DNA of 63,066 nt, the filler included, from Reticulomyxa filosa (taxonomy: Eukaryota; Protista; Foraminifera): the NCBI GenBank assembly GCA_000512085.1. It is 15 parts of 15 records of this genome, joined end to end, with 100 filler letters (N's around TTAATTAATTAA, not from the genome) between each part and the next. Parts side by side here need not be neighbours in the genome. Positions count along the whole stretch, not along the records: positions 60,988 to 63,066 come from ASPP01005161.1; 14 more parts are not named here. One strand, given 5' to 3'. Below are positions 61,305-63,066 of the stretch, in pieces (the first letter of the stretch is position 1; every line of letters begins with the position of its first letter). A program made the position numbers and the translations under genes. The notes under the pieces are model-generated. The model saw only the letters and a program-made list of their open reading frames with translations. It searched no databases and was not told the origin of the DNA.

Positions 61305-62567
61305 TGTATGCAAATACTAACACGAAGGCACCGCAACAGCAGCAGAAAGAAACAGAGCAAGAGCACCAACAACAGGAACACCAACAAGAATCGAAATTCG
61401 AACAATTGACACAAAAACAAAAGCAATACGGTAGACAAGAGTCACCACAAATTCCAATTGATTCCAATGACAACAACATTTGCTCCACTTCACCATTATT
61501 GCCTCCAGAGTTAATAAAGTCGAAAAGAAGGCTACTGGTAATGGACTTGGACGAAACAATGATCTACACAAGTTTCAAAGTTTCGATTGTATTTTATCAA
61601 TAAGTTTATACATTTGATTTTCTTATTGTTTGAATGTAATAGAAATTGAATAATTACGATTTTACCATTCCGGTAATACATCCGTCGGGACATCTGTCCA
61701 AATTATACGTGAAAAAACGTCCATTCCTCAATATGTTCCTGCAAGAGTGTAGTAATGAATACGATATAGTTGTATTCACTGCTGCTGGGCCCCGGTATGC
61801 GAGTGAAGTCCTGGACCACATCGATGTGCGCAGTGTAATTTCACATCTAATCTTTGGTGACAGTGTCACAAGATTTGCGGATGGGAAATACATTAAAGTT
61901 ATTCATGCATATTTATTTATGTTTAGTATATGAATGATGATGTCGATAACAACAATTGATTTGTCGATTTGGTGTTTAAAAATAAAATAACACAAAGGAT
62001 TTGGAACTTCTTGGCAAGCCGTTGAAAGATGTAATTTTAGTAGACGATACACCAGACGTATATGCCAAGCATCCAAAGAACGCGGTGCCTATTGGAAAAT
62101 TCAAAGGAGAAGAAAACGACGAACAAGTACAAATCAATCGAAATTATCTTTTTTTTTATTATTGTATTTAATAAACAAAGTGAATAAAAAAAACATGTAT
62201 AATGTGATATTTTGTGTGTATTTACATAAAAACGACAGCTCAAACAACTGCTACCAGTGTTATTAACGACTCTGGACGCAGCTGACAATGTCCAGAATGT
62301 ATTGGACACAAATCAATCGTTTGAGTGGTTGTGCAACAAGGCGGCAATGGATGGAAAACCTGTTCGGCATGTCATTTATTATTATCATTATTTTAATGTC
62401 TTTACTTCATTTATTTCACAAATAAATAAATATGCATGGAACAATAGCTCGTGGGACGAATACAAGATATTCAAACAATCGGCAACTTGTAGCGGCAGGA
62501 CTAATTCAAGAGAAAGCACAGAAGAACGAGAGCGTCGCGAAAAGGATAGAAACAAAAGAAGTCTGTA
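61305..62567 (+). CDS. FCP1/SCP-like (NIF) HAD phosphatase, multi-exon
   Basis: LLVMDLDETMIYTSF, YVKKRPFL..FL....YDIVVFTA....YASEV, YIK|DLELLGKPLKDVILVDDTP..Y..HPKNAVPI..F.G...D.QL. Confidence 0.93.
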
Positions 62568-63066
62568 AAAATAGCCAACGCGTTAATTAGGAGCATTCCG
62601 CTGCTAAATCATCGATTTGATTGATTTAATGACGAAGAATGAGTTGATAGTATTGAAACTGGATATATAAAGAAATGGTATTGATAATGTTGACAGATTG
62701 AATTGGATTGAGTGAACAGATATAAGATTGAATCGAACGAAGAAATGTCAAATTCGAAGAACAAGAGAAACTATCGAGCAACAATTGCAACAGGTGAATG
62801 TAGTGAAAAGAGCAAATGGATTTCAGAATCATGATTTACCACGTTGGATGATTTGGAGCATCAGACATTTGAATACATGGATACTTTGAATCGAATTGCA
62901 TTGATAAAAGTGATTGTTGTTTTGGCATTCAATCATTGGACCACTATCACGATTAACAAATATGACATTCCATAATTTCACTTAATAAACATGTCCCATT
63001 TCGTTTTTAACAATTTACAATCTAATTCTTTTTCGTTTTGTTTTGTGTAGATATGAATCATACAAA

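Noticed and set aside
62600-62920. Possible SAM-domain relic
   Set aside because: Similarity too weak and interrupted to support.

Overview
This is not a continuous locus. It is 15 short contigs joined by 14 artificial 100-bp spacers (N44-TTAATTAATTAA-N44, a six-frame stop linker). Fourteen contigs are AT-rich, intron-rich eukaryotic DNA. Their gene families (expanded WD40 proteins with a 'WIR..NIKLGWI.DFDK' N-domain, TRAF-type zinc fingers, PPR proteins, many pseudogenes, microsatellite-filled introns) resemble the foraminiferan Reticulomyxa filosa; this is an inference, not a database match. One contig (49758-50939) is GC-rich bacterial DNA encoding a flavin monooxygenase. Recognisable genes are CRIPT, a RABL6-like GTPase, transketolase, an ALDH 3' end, an NZF-DSP phosphatase, the ARM region of a Cdc7/MAP3K-epsilon-like kinase, an FCP1/SCP phosphatase, a TBC domain, and PPR, WD40 and TRAF genes. 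Mobile DNA comprises Tc1/mariner relics sharing a TIR family and a decayed LINE (APE endonuclease, RT, RNase H) whose endonuclease part is inverted. The most notable items were assembled by hand across introns that the ORF track misses: (1) a CCCH-RRM-like-WWE-PARP gene with a ZAP/PARP12-like layout and an altered catalytic triad; (2) a secreted protein with three 14-Cys modules, a 15-nt microexon, an RRL site and a CX3C-rich tail; (3) splice signals with A-rich rather than pyrimidine-rich acceptors and frequent GTY donors.
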